Shown here piece after piece: positions 30,230-40,508 of a stretch of DNA of 51,602 nucleotides (positions are counted from its first letter, which is position 1; every line of letters starts with the position of its first letter). Source of the DNA: an uncultured Hyphomicrobiales bacterium (GTDB lineage Bacteria; Bacteroidota; Ignavibacteria; Kapaibacteriales; UBA2268). The notes beneath the pieces were generated by a model, which saw nothing but the letters and a program-made list of their open reading frames with translations, did not search any database and was not told the origin of the DNA. Location of the stretch: the NCBI GenBank assembly GCA_964577665.1, contig CAZOBD010000005.1:493-52094 (forward strand), in the 5' to 3' direction. Both the position numbers and the translations under genes were made by a program.

Positions 30230-32077
30230 ATGCTAAAATTTCTCCTGATTGCAATAACAGGACTAATTTTTTTTAATACCTCAGCTTCTATATGCAGGGA
30301 CAGTGAAAATGCCTTTGCTATACCCAATTTGCACAGACCTCCTGCAGAGAAAAGTGAAGCGGAAGTTTTCGAGAGATTCATTCTTGAATCCGCACCGTCT
30401 GACGAGGCATTCATAGCAGTCCAGAGACTTGCTTCGCGGCATATCATCAAAAAAGACTGGCAAAAAGCAGAAGAGGTTTTTAAAAAATACAAGTGTTTTT
30501 TTCCGGAAGACAGCACTAAATTTAACAAAATAATAGACCTTATAAACCAGCCCTGCGACTCTCTCATTATTACGAATCTCGGAAACGGTGTAAACAGCCT
30601 CGGCGACGAACTCAATCCAAAACCCACAGCCGACGAAAAAAAACTATATTTTACCGGAGGAGGACGCAGCGACAACAAGGGGGTGGACGATATTTTTATT
30701 TCCAAAAAAGAAAATGGGACGTGGCAGAAAGCGATTAACCACGGAAGTCTGCTGAATACCGGCAAATCAGAAGCTATTACCGGCATCTCAGCCGACGGCA
30801 CGAGGATGCTGCTTTTTGGCAATTACCGAAAAAGCATGGGGCGCGGCGATATTTTCAAGATAAACAAAACTATAAACGGCTGGTCGCGAATAGAGCATTT
30901 TCCGCCTCCGATAAACAGCGGGTTTTTCGAATGTGACGCAACATATTCCGGAGACGGCAAGGCTATTCTTTTTATTTCTGACAGACCCGGCTCCGTGGGC
31001 GGGTACCATAAGAAGGACGAACCCTATCACGGCGACGTATGGGGCAACACGGACATATTCGTTACCCTGAAGACCGATACGGGATGGAGCGAGCCTGTTA
31101 ACTTAGGCGATGTGATAAATACCCCTTATGCGGAGCGCTCGCCTTTTCTGCATCCCGACGGAAAAACGCTTTATTTTAGTTCAGACGGACACTATGGTCT
31201 GGGCTATCTTGATGTTTTCAAAGCTGACAGGCTGAGCGACACATCCTGGACAGAGTGGAGCGAGCCTGTTAACTTAGGAAAAAAGATAAACACGGCAGGA
31301 GACGACTGGGGCTATAATTTTACTACTAAAGGAGACATTGCTTATTTTACTTCCGACAAATTGGAAGCGGGCAAGGGCGGTCTTGACATTTATTCAATCA
31401 CTATTCCGGAAAGAGCCCGTCCCGACCAGATTGCCACTATCAGCGGTAAAGTAACCGACGAACACGGCAACCCCCTCGATGCTGCCATTCGATGGGAAGA
31501 CATATCCCAGCGAGAGAAGAAAGACATTGGCGAACTTTACAGCGACCCGATGAACGGCGAGTATTACATCATACTCCCCCTTGAAAAAAATTATGAATAC
31601 TACGCTTTTAAAAAAGGATATTTTCCGACAACAAAAAGTCTTGACCTCCGACATTTTGACAAAGAAAATAGAGACACAAGTATAGAAGTAACCGAAAACA
31701 TTGTTTTGGAATCTATCATAGGTTTGGCAAAAAGAGGGGTTAAAAAATATATAATGAACATTTTTGACACTAATCAATATGATTTCAATCCAGCTGCATA
31801 TACCTCAATAAATATGCTCGTCGATATCCTAATAGAGAATCCTAATATCAGAGTGGAAGTATTCGCACATACTGACAGCCGCGGCTCGGAGGAATACAAT
31901 AACCGGCTTTCTGAGATGCGCGCTCAAACTATGCGGACACATCTTCTTGAAAACGGCATTTCCGAAGAAAGAATAATTGCAAAGGGCTACGGCGAACAAT
32001 TTCCCGTTGTTCCCAATAACTCTTTGGAAAATATGGCAAAAAACCGGAGATTGGAATTTAGGTTTCACACCGAGTAG
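30230..32077 (+). CDS. PD40 beta-propeller + OmpA-like peptidoglycan-binding protein (PorE-like architecture)
   Basis: Repeated WSEPVNLG..INT, SPFLHPDGKTLYFSSDGH and a C-terminal HTDSRGSEEYNNRLSEMRA...NRRLEF. The ATG at 30230 begins a signal-peptide-like segment. Confidence 0.88.
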   Translation: MLKFLLIAITGLIFFNTSASICRDSENAFAIPNLHRPPAEKSEAEVFERFILESAPSDEAFIAVQRLASRHIIKKDWQKAEEVFKKYKCFFPEDSTKFNKIIDLINQPCDSLIITNLGNGVNSLGDELNPKPTADEKKLYFTGGGRSDNKGVDDIFISKKENGTWQKAINHGSLLNTGKSEAITGISADGTRMLLFGNYRKSMGRGDIFKINKTINGWSRIEHFPPPINSGFFECDATYSGDGKAILFISDRPGSVGGYHKKDEPYHGDVWGNTDIFVTLKTDTGWSEPVNLGDVINTPYAERSPFLHPDGKTLYFSSDGHYGLGYLDVFKADRLSDTSWTEWSEPVNLGKKINTAGDDWGYNFTTKGDIAYFTSDKLEAGKGGLDIYSITIPERARPDQIATISGKVTDEHGNPLDAAIRWEDISQREKKDIGELYSDPMNGEYYIILPLEKNYEYYAFKKGYFPTTKSLDLRHFDKENRDTSIEVTENIVLESIIGLAKRGVKKYIMNIFDTNQYDFNPAAYTSINMLVDILIENPNIRVEVFAHTDSRGSEEYNNRLSEMRAQTMRTHLLENGISEERIIAKGYGEQFPVVPNNSLENMAKNRRLEFRFHTE

Positions 32078-32152
32078 AATAAATGAGTTTTAAGTTTTTC
32101 TTTAGAATTCAACTTGGTATCAAAGATTCGGAAGGTCTTCCGTATTTTGCTT

Positions 32153-33403
32153 CTATATAAACAAGCCGGCAATGACTGCATTTAAGATATTTACGAGAGC
32201 GCCGGTGAACATTGCCTTCAAGCCGAGCTGGGCAAGCTCCGATTTCTTTTCTGGTACCAGCCCGCCAAGCCCGCCGATCTGAATGGCAATGCTTCCGAAA
32301 TTAGCAAATCCGCACAGGGCAAATGTTGCGAGTTTGGCAGTGCGGGGGCTTATTTCTTCGTTTCTTATCATTTCGCCGAGGTCCGCATAAGCTAAAAACT
32401 CATTGAGACTGATCTTTTTGCCTATCAACATACCCAGTTTCTGTGCTTCATCGGCAGGAACCGACATAAGATAACCGAAGGGCTGAAAAATAAACCCCAG
32501 AATGCTTTCAAGGCTTTCCGGGAAATATTGAAAACCTGCTTCGGCAAGCCATCCGGCGGTTGTAAAAAGAGCAAAGTTGATAATGTTTATTATGGCAAGA
32601 AAGGCAATAAGCATAGCAACTATGTTTAACGAAAGCAGCATACCGTCGGATGCTCCCTGAGTAAGCGCCTCAAGGGCATTTTTAAACTTTGGTGTGGAAA
32701 TTTTCTTCAATTCATTTAATGTCCTGACGCCTTTTTGGGGTGGTACTACGATTTTTGACAGCATAAGCCCTCCCGGAACCGAAAGGATGCTTGCCGAAAG
32801 CAGCAGGGAAGAGGATATGCCCATCTGAATATATGCCGCCATTACGCCGCCGGCAATTGTTGCAAATCCGCAGACCATGATAGTGTGAATCTCCGAGCGT
32901 GATGCCGAGGGCAGATAATGCCTTACCATTAGTGGGGCTTCTGTCTGTCCGATGAAAATATTTGCCGATGCCGACAACGACTCGACGCCAGACGTCTTCA
33001 TAGTCTTTTCCATAACCCATGCCATACCCCACACGAGCCTCTGCATAATGCCGTAGTGGTAAAGCACCGATACGATGCTCGAAAAAAACACTATCGTAAC
33101 CGTAATGATAACGGCAAGCTGAAAGCCGAAAGTATCCCTGTATTCGGATTTTATCATATTGCCGAAGACGGAGTTCGCACTTTCGAGACCCTTGTCGAGA
33201 AATGTCCTTATGCCCTCTCCCAGCCATTCAAAAAGCAAGATGCCTGCGGGCAGGTAAAAAACAATAAATGCAAAAAAAATCTGAAGCGTCAAGCCCCAGA
33301 TAACTACACGATAAGGAAACTGCTTTCTGTTTTCTGACATCAGCCAGACCAGAAACAGAATTATTATGATGCTCGCAACACTTATTAACTTTTGCACTAT
33401 CAT
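32153..33403 (-). CDS. nupC: Concentrative nucleoside transporter (CNT/NupC family)
   Basis: ANIFIGQTEAPL, GFATIAGGV, LNEFLAY, LCGFANFGSIAIQIGG. Confidence 0.92.
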   Translation of the reverse strand: MIVQKLISVASIIIILFLVWLMSENRKQFPYRVVIWGLTLQIFFAFIVFYLPAGILLFEWLGEGIRTFLDKGLESANSVFGNMIKSEYRDTFGFQLAVIITVTIVFFSSIVSVLYHYGIMQRLVWGMAWVMEKTMKTSGVESLSASANIFIGQTEAPLMVRHYLPSASRSEIHTIMVCGFATIAGGVMAAYIQMGISSSLLLSASILSVPGGLMLSKIVVPPQKGVRTLNELKKISTPKFKNALEALTQGASDGMLLSLNIVAMLIAFLAIINIINFALFTTAGWLAEAGFQYFPESLESILGFIFQPFGYLMSVPADEAQKLGMLIGKKISLNEFLAYADLGEMIRNEEISPRTAKLATFALCGFANFGSIAIQIGGLGGLVPEKKSELAQLGLKAMFTGALVNILNAVIAGLFI

Positions 33404-33418
33404 ATTTTTAAAAAAGCA

Positions 33419-35269
33419 TTATTCCACTGTAACGCTTTTAGCGAGATTCCTCGGTTGGTCTATCTCGCGTCCGAGCTCCACGGCAATGTAATAAGCTAAA
33501 AGCTGAAGGGGTACAGCTGTCAGCACTGGAGTGAACATAGGCAGTGTGTGCGGTACGTAAATGACATGATTAGGACGCTTTTTAGGGTCTTCATTGCTCA
33601 TTATTTCGTTGTCGCCTTCCGTTGCAATAACGATTATCCTGCCTTTTCTGCTAAGTACCTCTTCGATGTTTGATTTTATTTTATCGTATATTTCATCTTT
33701 CGTAGCAATGAAGACAACCGGCATATTTTCGTCAATTAAGGCAATTGGCCCGTGCTTCATTTCGGCGGCAGGGTATCCTTCGGCATGAATGTAGGAAATT
33801 TCTTTGAGTTTCAGAGCGCCTTCCAGGGCAACCGGAAAGTTAAATCCCCTTCCGAGATAAAGAAAATTCCGCGCCAGACAGTACTCTTTTGCAATTGCTT
33901 TAATCTTATCTGTCTGTTCGAAAATTTGTTTTATCTTGCCCGGTAAGGCTGCCATTTCGCGTGTAATTAATTTGCCGTCGTGCTGTGAAAGACGTGTTTT
34001 TCTTCCCAGCCAGATTGCTATCAGAGCCAGTGCCGCCACTTGGGAGGTAAAAGCTTTGGTGGAAGCAACGCCAATTTCAGGACCTGCGTGAATGTAAACA
34101 CCCGCTTCTGTTTCACGGGCAATAGAGCTGCCGACGCTGTTAACGATACCTATCACAGTGGCGCCTTTTTGCTTTGCCTCTTTAACGGCTGCAAGAGTGT
34201 CAGCGGTCTCGCCGCTCTGAGAAATGGCTATCACCACGTCATCAGGAAAAATTACAGTGTTGCGGTACCGAAATTCCGAAGCATACTCTACCTCTACCGG
34301 TATCTGAGAAAGATTTTCTATCATGTATTCCCCAACCAAACCGGCATGCCAAGAAGTTCCGCAGGCAGTGATGATAATCCTCCGTGCAGTTCGCAGCTTG
34401 TCTTCCACCTGACGAAGTCCGCCCAGACGCACATTTCCCACTTTGTCCAGCAGTCTGCCCCGGAAAGCGTCTTGGAAAGTCAGCGGCTGTTCGAAAATCT
34501 CTTTCAGCATAAAGTGCGGATAAATACCCTTTTCAATCTGTTCTATGTCGTAGTCTATCATTTCAACTTTGCTCTTAGTGGCTTCATTAAAAATAGTTTT
34601 TGTGCTGAAACCTTTTCTTGTAATGATAGCCATTTCGTTATCTGCAAGATATACCACCTGCCGTGTATGCTGTATGATAGCCGGAGCATCCGAAGCGAGT
34701 ATGTATTCATCATCCCCGATTCCCAGCACCATGGGACTGCCCCGGCGTGCCGCTATCAGTTTATTAGGTTCATAAGAAGACAGAATTATTATGCCGAAAG
34801 TGCCGTCAACTTCTGAAAGCGCCATTCTCACGGCAAGTTCCAAATCGTGTACCTTTTCGTACATTGCACCGATAAATACGGCAAGTACTTCAGTATCAGT
34901 ATCCGATTTAAAAGTATATCCTTTCTGAGAAAGTGCTTTTTTCAGAGTCGAGAAATTTTCTATTATACCGTTGTGGATTAATGAAATATTTCCTGTATTG
35001 TCTGTATGCGGATGAGCGTTTATATCATTCGGTTCTCCGTGCGTAGCCCAGCGCGTGTGAGCTATTCCTATCGTAGAATTAAAGTCGTCGTGATTTATAT
35101 TATTGTCAAGATCAAAGACCTTGCCGCGCCGTTTCAAGATTTTTATTTTCTCATCTTCCAGCAGCGAAATACCCGCTGAGTCGTATCCCCTGTATTCTAA
35201 CCGCTTCAGTCCCGTCAACAAAATTTGCGATGCCTTCTGACTGCCGATATATCCTACAATTCCGCACAT
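33419..35269 (-). CDS. glmS: Glutamine--fructose-6-phosphate transaminase
   Basis: MCGIVG, LEYRGYDSAG, HTRWATHG, SQSGETADT, PRNLAKSVTVE. Confidence 0.98.
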   Translation of the reverse strand: MCGIVGYIGSQKASQILLTGLKRLEYRGYDSAGISLLEDEKIKILKRRGKVFDLDNNINHDDFNSTIGIAHTRWATHGEPNDINAHPHTDNTGNISLIHNGIIENFSTLKKALSQKGYTFKSDTDTEVLAVFIGAMYEKVHDLELAVRMALSEVDGTFGIIILSSYEPNKLIAARRGSPMVLGIGDDEYILASDAPAIIQHTRQVVYLADNEMAIITRKGFSTKTIFNEATKSKVEMIDYDIEQIEKGIYPHFMLKEIFEQPLTFQDAFRGRLLDKVGNVRLGGLRQVEDKLRTARRIIITACGTSWHAGLVGEYMIENLSQIPVEVEYASEFRYRNTVIFPDDVVIAISQSGETADTLAAVKEAKQKGATVIGIVNSVGSSIARETEAGVYIHAGPEIGVASTKAFTSQVAALALIAIWLGRKTRLSQHDGKLITREMAALPGKIKQIFEQTDKIKAIAKEYCLARNFLYLGRGFNFPVALEGALKLKEISYIHAEGYPAAEMKHGPIALIDENMPVVFIATKDEIYDKIKSNIEEVLSRKGRIIVIATEGDNEIMSNEDPKKRPNHVIYVPHTLPMFTPVLTAVPLQLLAYYIAVELGREIDQPRNLAKSVTVE

Positions 35270-35348
35270 ATATTAACCTTATTGAAATATTTGTTAAATT
35301 TGCTTAAATTTAAACGACAAATATAATAACATTTTTGCAGGTTAAAAA

Positions 35349-37226
35349 TTGTTTTTTCGGATAAAATGGCATAAGTATCCCGCCGTGAGAGTATTTGGTT
35401 TTGTGTTAGCCGGAATGCTCGCAGGCATGATGTTTTTTCAAAATATTTTTTTATTACTGCCTGTTGCAGCGTCTGCTGTAATCCTTTCTATATTTTTCCT
35501 TTATAATAGAAACATTTCCTCTGCCTTTGCATTTCTCTGTTTATCAATTGGGCTGGTGTTATCATTGAATCTAAATTACACAAATTATAAGTATCCCGAT
35601 AGAATCATCGGCGAAATGCCCGGTGTTTTTCGCGGTGAAATTACAAGAATATTAAGAGCGGACAGCAGTAAAATAGTATGCACAGCCGATGGCTTTTTAG
35701 ATACAAAATGTCTGCCTGAAATAAAAACAGGAATTCTTCTGAGAATTTACTCTAATGAAAATAAAAATCGGAAAGTATATCCCGGCAGTGAAATCTTTGC
35801 ATCTGTTTATGCAAGACCTCCCAAGAAAAAACAGCTTGTTTATGATTTTCCCGAAGAGCAGTATCTTTATTCTTTAGGAGTTTCATGGTTTGCAAGAATT
35901 AAGCACGGACAGTTTTCCATAACACCAACTCATAATTTTTGGGAGGAATTCATTGGTAATATCCGGTTAAAAACTAAAAAAACAATTGAAGATTTGTTTT
36001 CAGAAGAGGCCGCACCGGTTGTGCAGGCTGTTTTAACCGGAGATAAAACTGCACTGCCTTATGAAACTAAACAGAAATTTATGCTGACCGGCACGGCGCA
36101 TATTCTTGCCGTGAGCGGACTTCATACCGGCATAACAGCAGGAATTATCTTTCTTATCACATGCTATTTTCGCAGCAGGTTCCTGCGTCTTATCTTATTC
36201 GGTCTGCTGCTTGCTTCATTTGTAATCTTTACAGGAATGCAGCCTTCAGCCGTAAGAGCCGGTTTAATTGCATTTGCTATGATGCTGTCATGGTACCTGC
36301 AGAGAAAATATTCAATGATAAATCTTATCGCTCTCACCGCACTGCTGATGCTTGTTTTCAATCCCAATCTCATATTTTCCATTGCATTTCAGCTCTCATT
36401 TACGGCTTTCGGCGGTATTATTCTGCTTTACAATCCGGTAAGAATAACTATATTGATGTTTGTAAAACCCAAAAGCGGATTCACGGAATATCTTATTAGT
36501 CTTATTTCCGTTTCAACGGCGGCATCGGTTTCTGTATCTGCGTTAGCCGCCTTATACTTCAATGTTTTTTCCTTTGCGTCCATTTTGTGGAATATCATTG
36601 CAGTACCTGCAATAAGCCTTGCATTGGTTTACTCATTTATTTCTGTAATGCTTTCTTTTTTCATGCCGCTTGCCGAAATATTTGCCTCAGCGGCAGAGTT
36701 TTTAATTCAACTGATATTCCTCGTAAATGATTATGCTCTTTCACTCGGCAAGATTTTTATCAGAGGAGAAGGAGCAGTGCTGACAGCCTTAATTATTTCT
36801 GCCGCATGCGTTTATGTATTCCTTTCCAAAAGCCGAAAACTTTTCTTTTTCAGGTTATCTGCCTCATTGATAATGTGCATTCTTTTAATGAACTTAATGT
36901 TTCGGGAAGATAGAAAAATGAAAATACTGCCCCGGGAAAAAACCGTTGCCGTCGTTATTCCCTCCGCAAAAAATAAAACTTCCGTAATAATTGCAGACCG
37001 GATGCCAAAACTTTATCCCCTTGCTGATTACCCTCTTGCAGAATACATCACTTCCCTGGATGACACACTCAGAATAGGCTATACGGGAAACTGCGGCATT
37101 AAGACCATTGGCAGCTTAAAGGGCGTCAGATTCAAAGCTGTTCATCTTGACACGGCATTTCAAAAAACAATAACAAAAAAGCTCCATCTCAATAGCTTTA
37201 TATCTCAGATAAATAAAATAAAATAA
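35349..37226 (+). CDS. comEC: ComEC/Rec2 family competence protein
   Basis: GTAHILAVSGLH, PSAVRA, FQLSF and multiple TM helices. The TTG start is uncertain. Confidence 0.85.
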   Translation: MFFRIKWHKYPAVRVFGFVLAGMLAGMMFFQNIFLLLPVAASAVILSIFFLYNRNISSAFAFLCLSIGLVLSLNLNYTNYKYPDRIIGEMPGVFRGEITRILRADSSKIVCTADGFLDTKCLPEIKTGILLRIYSNENKNRKVYPGSEIFASVYARPPKKKQLVYDFPEEQYLYSLGVSWFARIKHGQFSITPTHNFWEEFIGNIRLKTKKTIEDLFSEEAAPVVQAVLTGDKTALPYETKQKFMLTGTAHILAVSGLHTGITAGIIFLITCYFRSRFLRLILFGLLLASFVIFTGMQPSAVRAGLIAFAMMLSWYLQRKYSMINLIALTALLMLVFNPNLIFSIAFQLSFTAFGGIILLYNPVRITILMFVKPKSGFTEYLISLISVSTAASVSVSALAALYFNVFSFASILWNIIAVPAISLALVYSFISVMLSFFMPLAEIFASAAEFLIQLIFLVNDYALSLGKIFIRGEGAVLTALIISAACVYVFLSKSRKLFFFRLSASLIMCILLMNLMFREDRKMKILPREKTVAVVIPSAKNKTSVIIADRMPKLYPLADYPLAEYITSLDDTLRIGYTGNCGIKTIGSLKGVRFKAVHLDTAFQKTITKKLHLNSFISQINKIK

Positions 37227-38060
37227 TCACTTATTATAATTCAGCGCCTGCTTTTTGATTTTCTCAATAACCGAATACGAAACAGTACTCTTACCGAAGT
37301 TTACCTCGTCATAGTCGCGGTTGCCGTGATAGTCCGAGCCGCCTGTTTCAAGGAGCCAGTATTGGCTTGCAAGGTTGTGATAATGCCTCTTCATGCTGCG
37401 GTCATGGTGCGGGTGGTTCACTTCAATTCCGTCAAGTCCCGCCTCAATGAATCTGAACAAAGCTTCCTGCGAGATATACTTCCCGGGGTGAGCAATTACT
37501 GCAACTCCTCCGGCATTATTAATTAGTTTTATGCCGTCCTTAACCGAAAAATGTGCTTTTTCTTCATAAGCGGGCTTGCCCTCGCCCAGATAATGCACGA
37601 AAGCTTCTTTAAGTGTTGCCGTAAATCCTTTATCAGTCATAACGGAGGCAATGTGAGGGCGTGTAACCGGTGCATCGCCGGCTTTGTCGAGTATTTCATC
37701 AAGCGTCAAGTGTATATCGTTCATCAACAGCTTATCGACTATTCTTTTTGCACGAAAAAGACGTACTTTTCGGTATTCGGCAAGATGGCGCCTGAGCTGC
37801 TGATTGTCAAGGTCTATCAGATATCCGAGGATATGGTATTCATTACCGTTTTCGAAGCAGCTCAGTTCCACTCCGGTAATAAACTCAATATCAAAATCAT
37901 CTTTCAAAGCTTCGGCGTTTATGCATCCGTCAATCGTGTCGTGATCTGTGATGCTGATTCCTTTCAGTCCGTATTTACGCGCCTTTTCAAATATTTCCTC
38001 CGGCGGCAGCACTCCGTCGGAATAAATACTGTGAATGTGCAAGTCTGCTCGTTTTTCCAT
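37227..38060 (-). CDS. PHP-domain phosphoesterase (TrpH/YciV-like)
   Basis: DLHIHSIYSDG, ITDHD, GVELS, HILGY, AHP, GGSDYHG. Confidence 0.92.
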   Translation of the reverse strand: MEKRADLHIHSIYSDGVLPPEEIFEKARKYGLKGISITDHDTIDGCINAEALKDDFDIEFITGVELSCFENGNEYHILGYLIDLDNQQLRRHLAEYRKVRLFRAKRIVDKLLMNDIHLTLDEILDKAGDAPVTRPHIASVMTDKGFTATLKEAFVHYLGEGKPAYEEKAHFSVKDGIKLINNAGGVAVIAHPGKYISQEALFRFIEAGLDGIEVNHPHHDRSMKRHYHNLASQYWLLETGGSDYHGNRDYDEVNFGKSTVSYSVIEKIKKQALNYNK

Positions 38061-38225
38061 TTTTTAATGCCGGAGCTCCCTTTTCCGGTTATGATACTTT
38101 AATGAATCATTTTAACAAAAATATAAAAATTGATACAGCTATAAAAAAAATTATTGAAATTTCTTGGCGCTGACACGAAAAAAATTATTTATATTTGCAT
38201 TTTTGTATCACATTATTCGGAAAAT

Positions 38226-39101
38226 ATGAAATATTTCATTTTATATTTAAAGGGCATAGTAATCGGCATTGCAAATGTCATACCTGGCGTTTCGGGCGGC
38301 ACTATGGCTTTTATTATGAACATATACCACCAGCTTACAGAATCTATCGGTAATTTTGTTCAAAACAAAGAAAAACGCCTCGGCTACTTTATTTTTCTAC
38401 TGATTATTGCTGTCGGCGCAATAACAGGCATTATCATTTTTGCAAAACTCTTCTCTTTTTTATTAAAAAACGAACTTTACAAGCAGTTAACATACTTCTT
38501 TTTCATTGGCTTAATCGTTGGCTCCGTTCCCTTCATCTTAAGTCTTGAGAAAGACATGAAAATAAACCTAAAGAGAATAATTGCGATAATCACCGCCTTT
38601 GCGCTTATCTTTTCCACCACATTTTTTGCAACGGAAAACGCCGCCGCGGCAAATACGGAAACCACAGGGGAGTTCCTTTCCGTCATTAAATTATCATCCA
38701 TCGACTTCGGATATGCTCTCTGGCTTTTTATCTGCGGATTCCTTGCTGCAGGCTCGATGGTCCTGCCCGGTTTTTCGGGTTCGGCGCTTTTAATCAGCCT
38801 CGGCGAATACAGCAATATTCTTTTTTACGTTGACGAGAGGGTTATCATCCCCATCGCCGTTGTAGCCGCGGGCGCAGTGCCGGGTATCGTCATCTTTGCA
38901 AAGGTAATTAACATTGCTTTGAAGCGTTTTCCCTCCGAAACCATATATTTCATACTCGGATTAATAATAGCTTCCCTTTATCAGATATATCTTGAAATGC
39001 AAGCCGCATTCTTTTACGGCTTCGGCGCGCTTGCGTACAGTGCTGCGGCAGCGGCGGCAGGTTTTGCAGCTTCATTTCTACTAAGCAGGGTAAAGAAATA
39101 A
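38226..39101 (+). CDS. DUF368 membrane protein (undecaprenyl-phosphate translocase family)
   Basis: IPGVSGGTMA and MVLPGFSGS repeated motifs; hydrophobic throughout. Confidence 0.88.
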   Translation: MKYFILYLKGIVIGIANVIPGVSGGTMAFIMNIYHQLTESIGNFVQNKEKRLGYFIFLLIIAVGAITGIIIFAKLFSFLLKNELYKQLTYFFFIGLIVGSVPFILSLEKDMKINLKRIIAIITAFALIFSTTFFATENAAAANTETTGEFLSVIKLSSIDFGYALWLFICGFLAAGSMVLPGFSGSALLISLGEYSNILFYVDERVIIPIAVVAAGAVPGIVIFAKVINIALKRFPSETIYFILGLIIASLYQIYLEMQAAFFYGFGALAYSAAAAAAGFAASFLLSRVKK

Positions 39102-39461
39102 CGTAAATTTTGTTAAAACCATGCCGATTTGAATTTGTTTAAGCCCAAAGAACAAGCAAAAGAAAGCGCTGCACGCTCTGCTTAAAAAGTAAAACAGCCA
39201 TTTAATCCTTTCAAAGATAAAAAATACATTATAAATAATAATTTTAACTAATTTAAGAATCTTGCGTAAAGAAAAAAAACTATATTTGACCAAGATAATT
39301 CATCTTTTAATAAATATTTTACTTCATTATAATGCAAAAAATTAGTTTCCTTCATCCTTAGACGGTCAAAATTAAGTCATAAGAAAGCATCTAAGTCTGT
39401 TATTTTCACTTCCTGCCAATTAAAACTTTTATAATAATAGATTTATTCATCATCAAAAGCA

Positions 39462-39506
39462 TATTTCTCTTCTTTTTTTTATATAAAAACAAAAAAGAAG
39501 AGAAAT
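39462..39506. repeat. AT-rich inverted repeat at the left edge of the 21-bp array
   Basis: TATTTCTCTTCTTTTT ... AAAAAGAAGAGAAATA. Confidence 0.6.
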
Positions 39507-39526
39507 AAATTATTTGCTTAGTAATT

Positions 39527-40150
39527 TATTTTAGCATCTAAAAGATATTTTTCTATAAATAAGTTTAAAAAATTAATAACTAAAAGATAATTATGTGTAA
39601 ATTAGTTTAAATAATACATAACAAAAAGATATTTTAGTATAGATTAGTTTAAATAATACATAACTAAAAGAAATATTACTTTAACTAAGTATAAAAAATG
39701 AATAATTTACAAAAATATTGAATCTTCCTAAAGAAATATTTATACTTTGAAAAGAAATAAATTAATAACAAACAGTAATATTTATATAACTGACAGAAAT
39801 TATTAATCATTTTAAAAAATTATTTAATAAATAAGTATAAAAAATGAATAACTAACAGAAATATTTGTTCATCTAACAAAAATATATTAGCATCGTAAAG
39901 AAAAATTTATACTATGAAAAGAAATAAATTAGTATTTAACGGAAATATTTATGCATCTAATAAGAAAAATGACTATTCAAAAGGAATATTTCTTCATTCT
40001 AAAGGGAAAAATGAATAAAAAAGCTGTTAGATAGTCATTTTATGTTGTTAGATGATCAATTTATGTCGTACGATGTTAATTTTAATCCGTACGATGTTAA
40101 TTTTAAACCGTACGATATTAAATTTAAGTTATTGGAAAATCATTTTAAGA
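39527..40150. repeat. Degenerate 21-bp-period tandem array (~23 units, + orientation) followed by ~6 units in inverted orientation
   Basis: Forward units include TATTTTAGCATCTAAAAGATA, AAAATGAATAACTAACAGAAA and TATTTGTTCATCTAACAAAAA. From 40024 the units CTGTTAGATAGTCATTTTATG, TTGTTAGATGATCAATTTATG and CCGTACGATGTTAATTTTAAA are reverse complements of the same type. Confidence 0.8.
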
Positions 40151-40446
40151 AATAGGATAGATATTCTAATTAGTATGTTTATCATTCTATTACGTTAATT
40201 AATAAATTAAATACTTAAAATGCAGCCATATTATCCTTAATTCATCATTTATTCATTAAATTTAGATTAAAAATATTATAAAATAATATAAAAAATTTAT
40301 AGAATATGAATATAATTATATAAGAAGAAGGTATAAAAAGTTAATAAGCAGGATAATTTCAATAAATAACGCCTGATATTCATTTCAATAGATATATTAT
40401 AGGTTACGTTATGAAAATTAAAATAAAGAAATGCCTGCCTGCAGGC

Positions 40447-40480
40447 AAAAAAAAAGCCCGGCACCTTTAAAATGCCGGGC
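40447..40480 (-). terminator. Intrinsic terminator of the acyl-CoA dehydrogenase operon
   Basis: GCCCGGCA-loop-TGCCGGGC with a 9-nt U tract on the minus strand. Confidence 0.8.
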
Positions 40481-40508
40481 ATAAACCATCAATTGAATTA
40501 AAATATGC

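Noticed and set aside
30133..30822. Long antisense or alternate-frame ORFs (e.g. 30133-30822, 34040-34816, 28696-29247, 37551-38102, 32712-33227)
   Set aside because: They are shadows of well-supported genes and carry no recognisable motifs.
35270..35348. glmS ribozyme upstream of glmS
   Set aside because: Only ~80 AT-rich bp are shared with the divergent comEC, too short and unstructured for the ribozyme.
39100..40500. Chromosomal replication origin, or a missed protein gene, in the AT-rich gap
   Set aside because: No clear cluster of TTATCCACA-like boxes and no dnaA/gidA/parAB neighbours were seen. Frames are interrupted by stops and no ORF of 60 aa or more covers the array.
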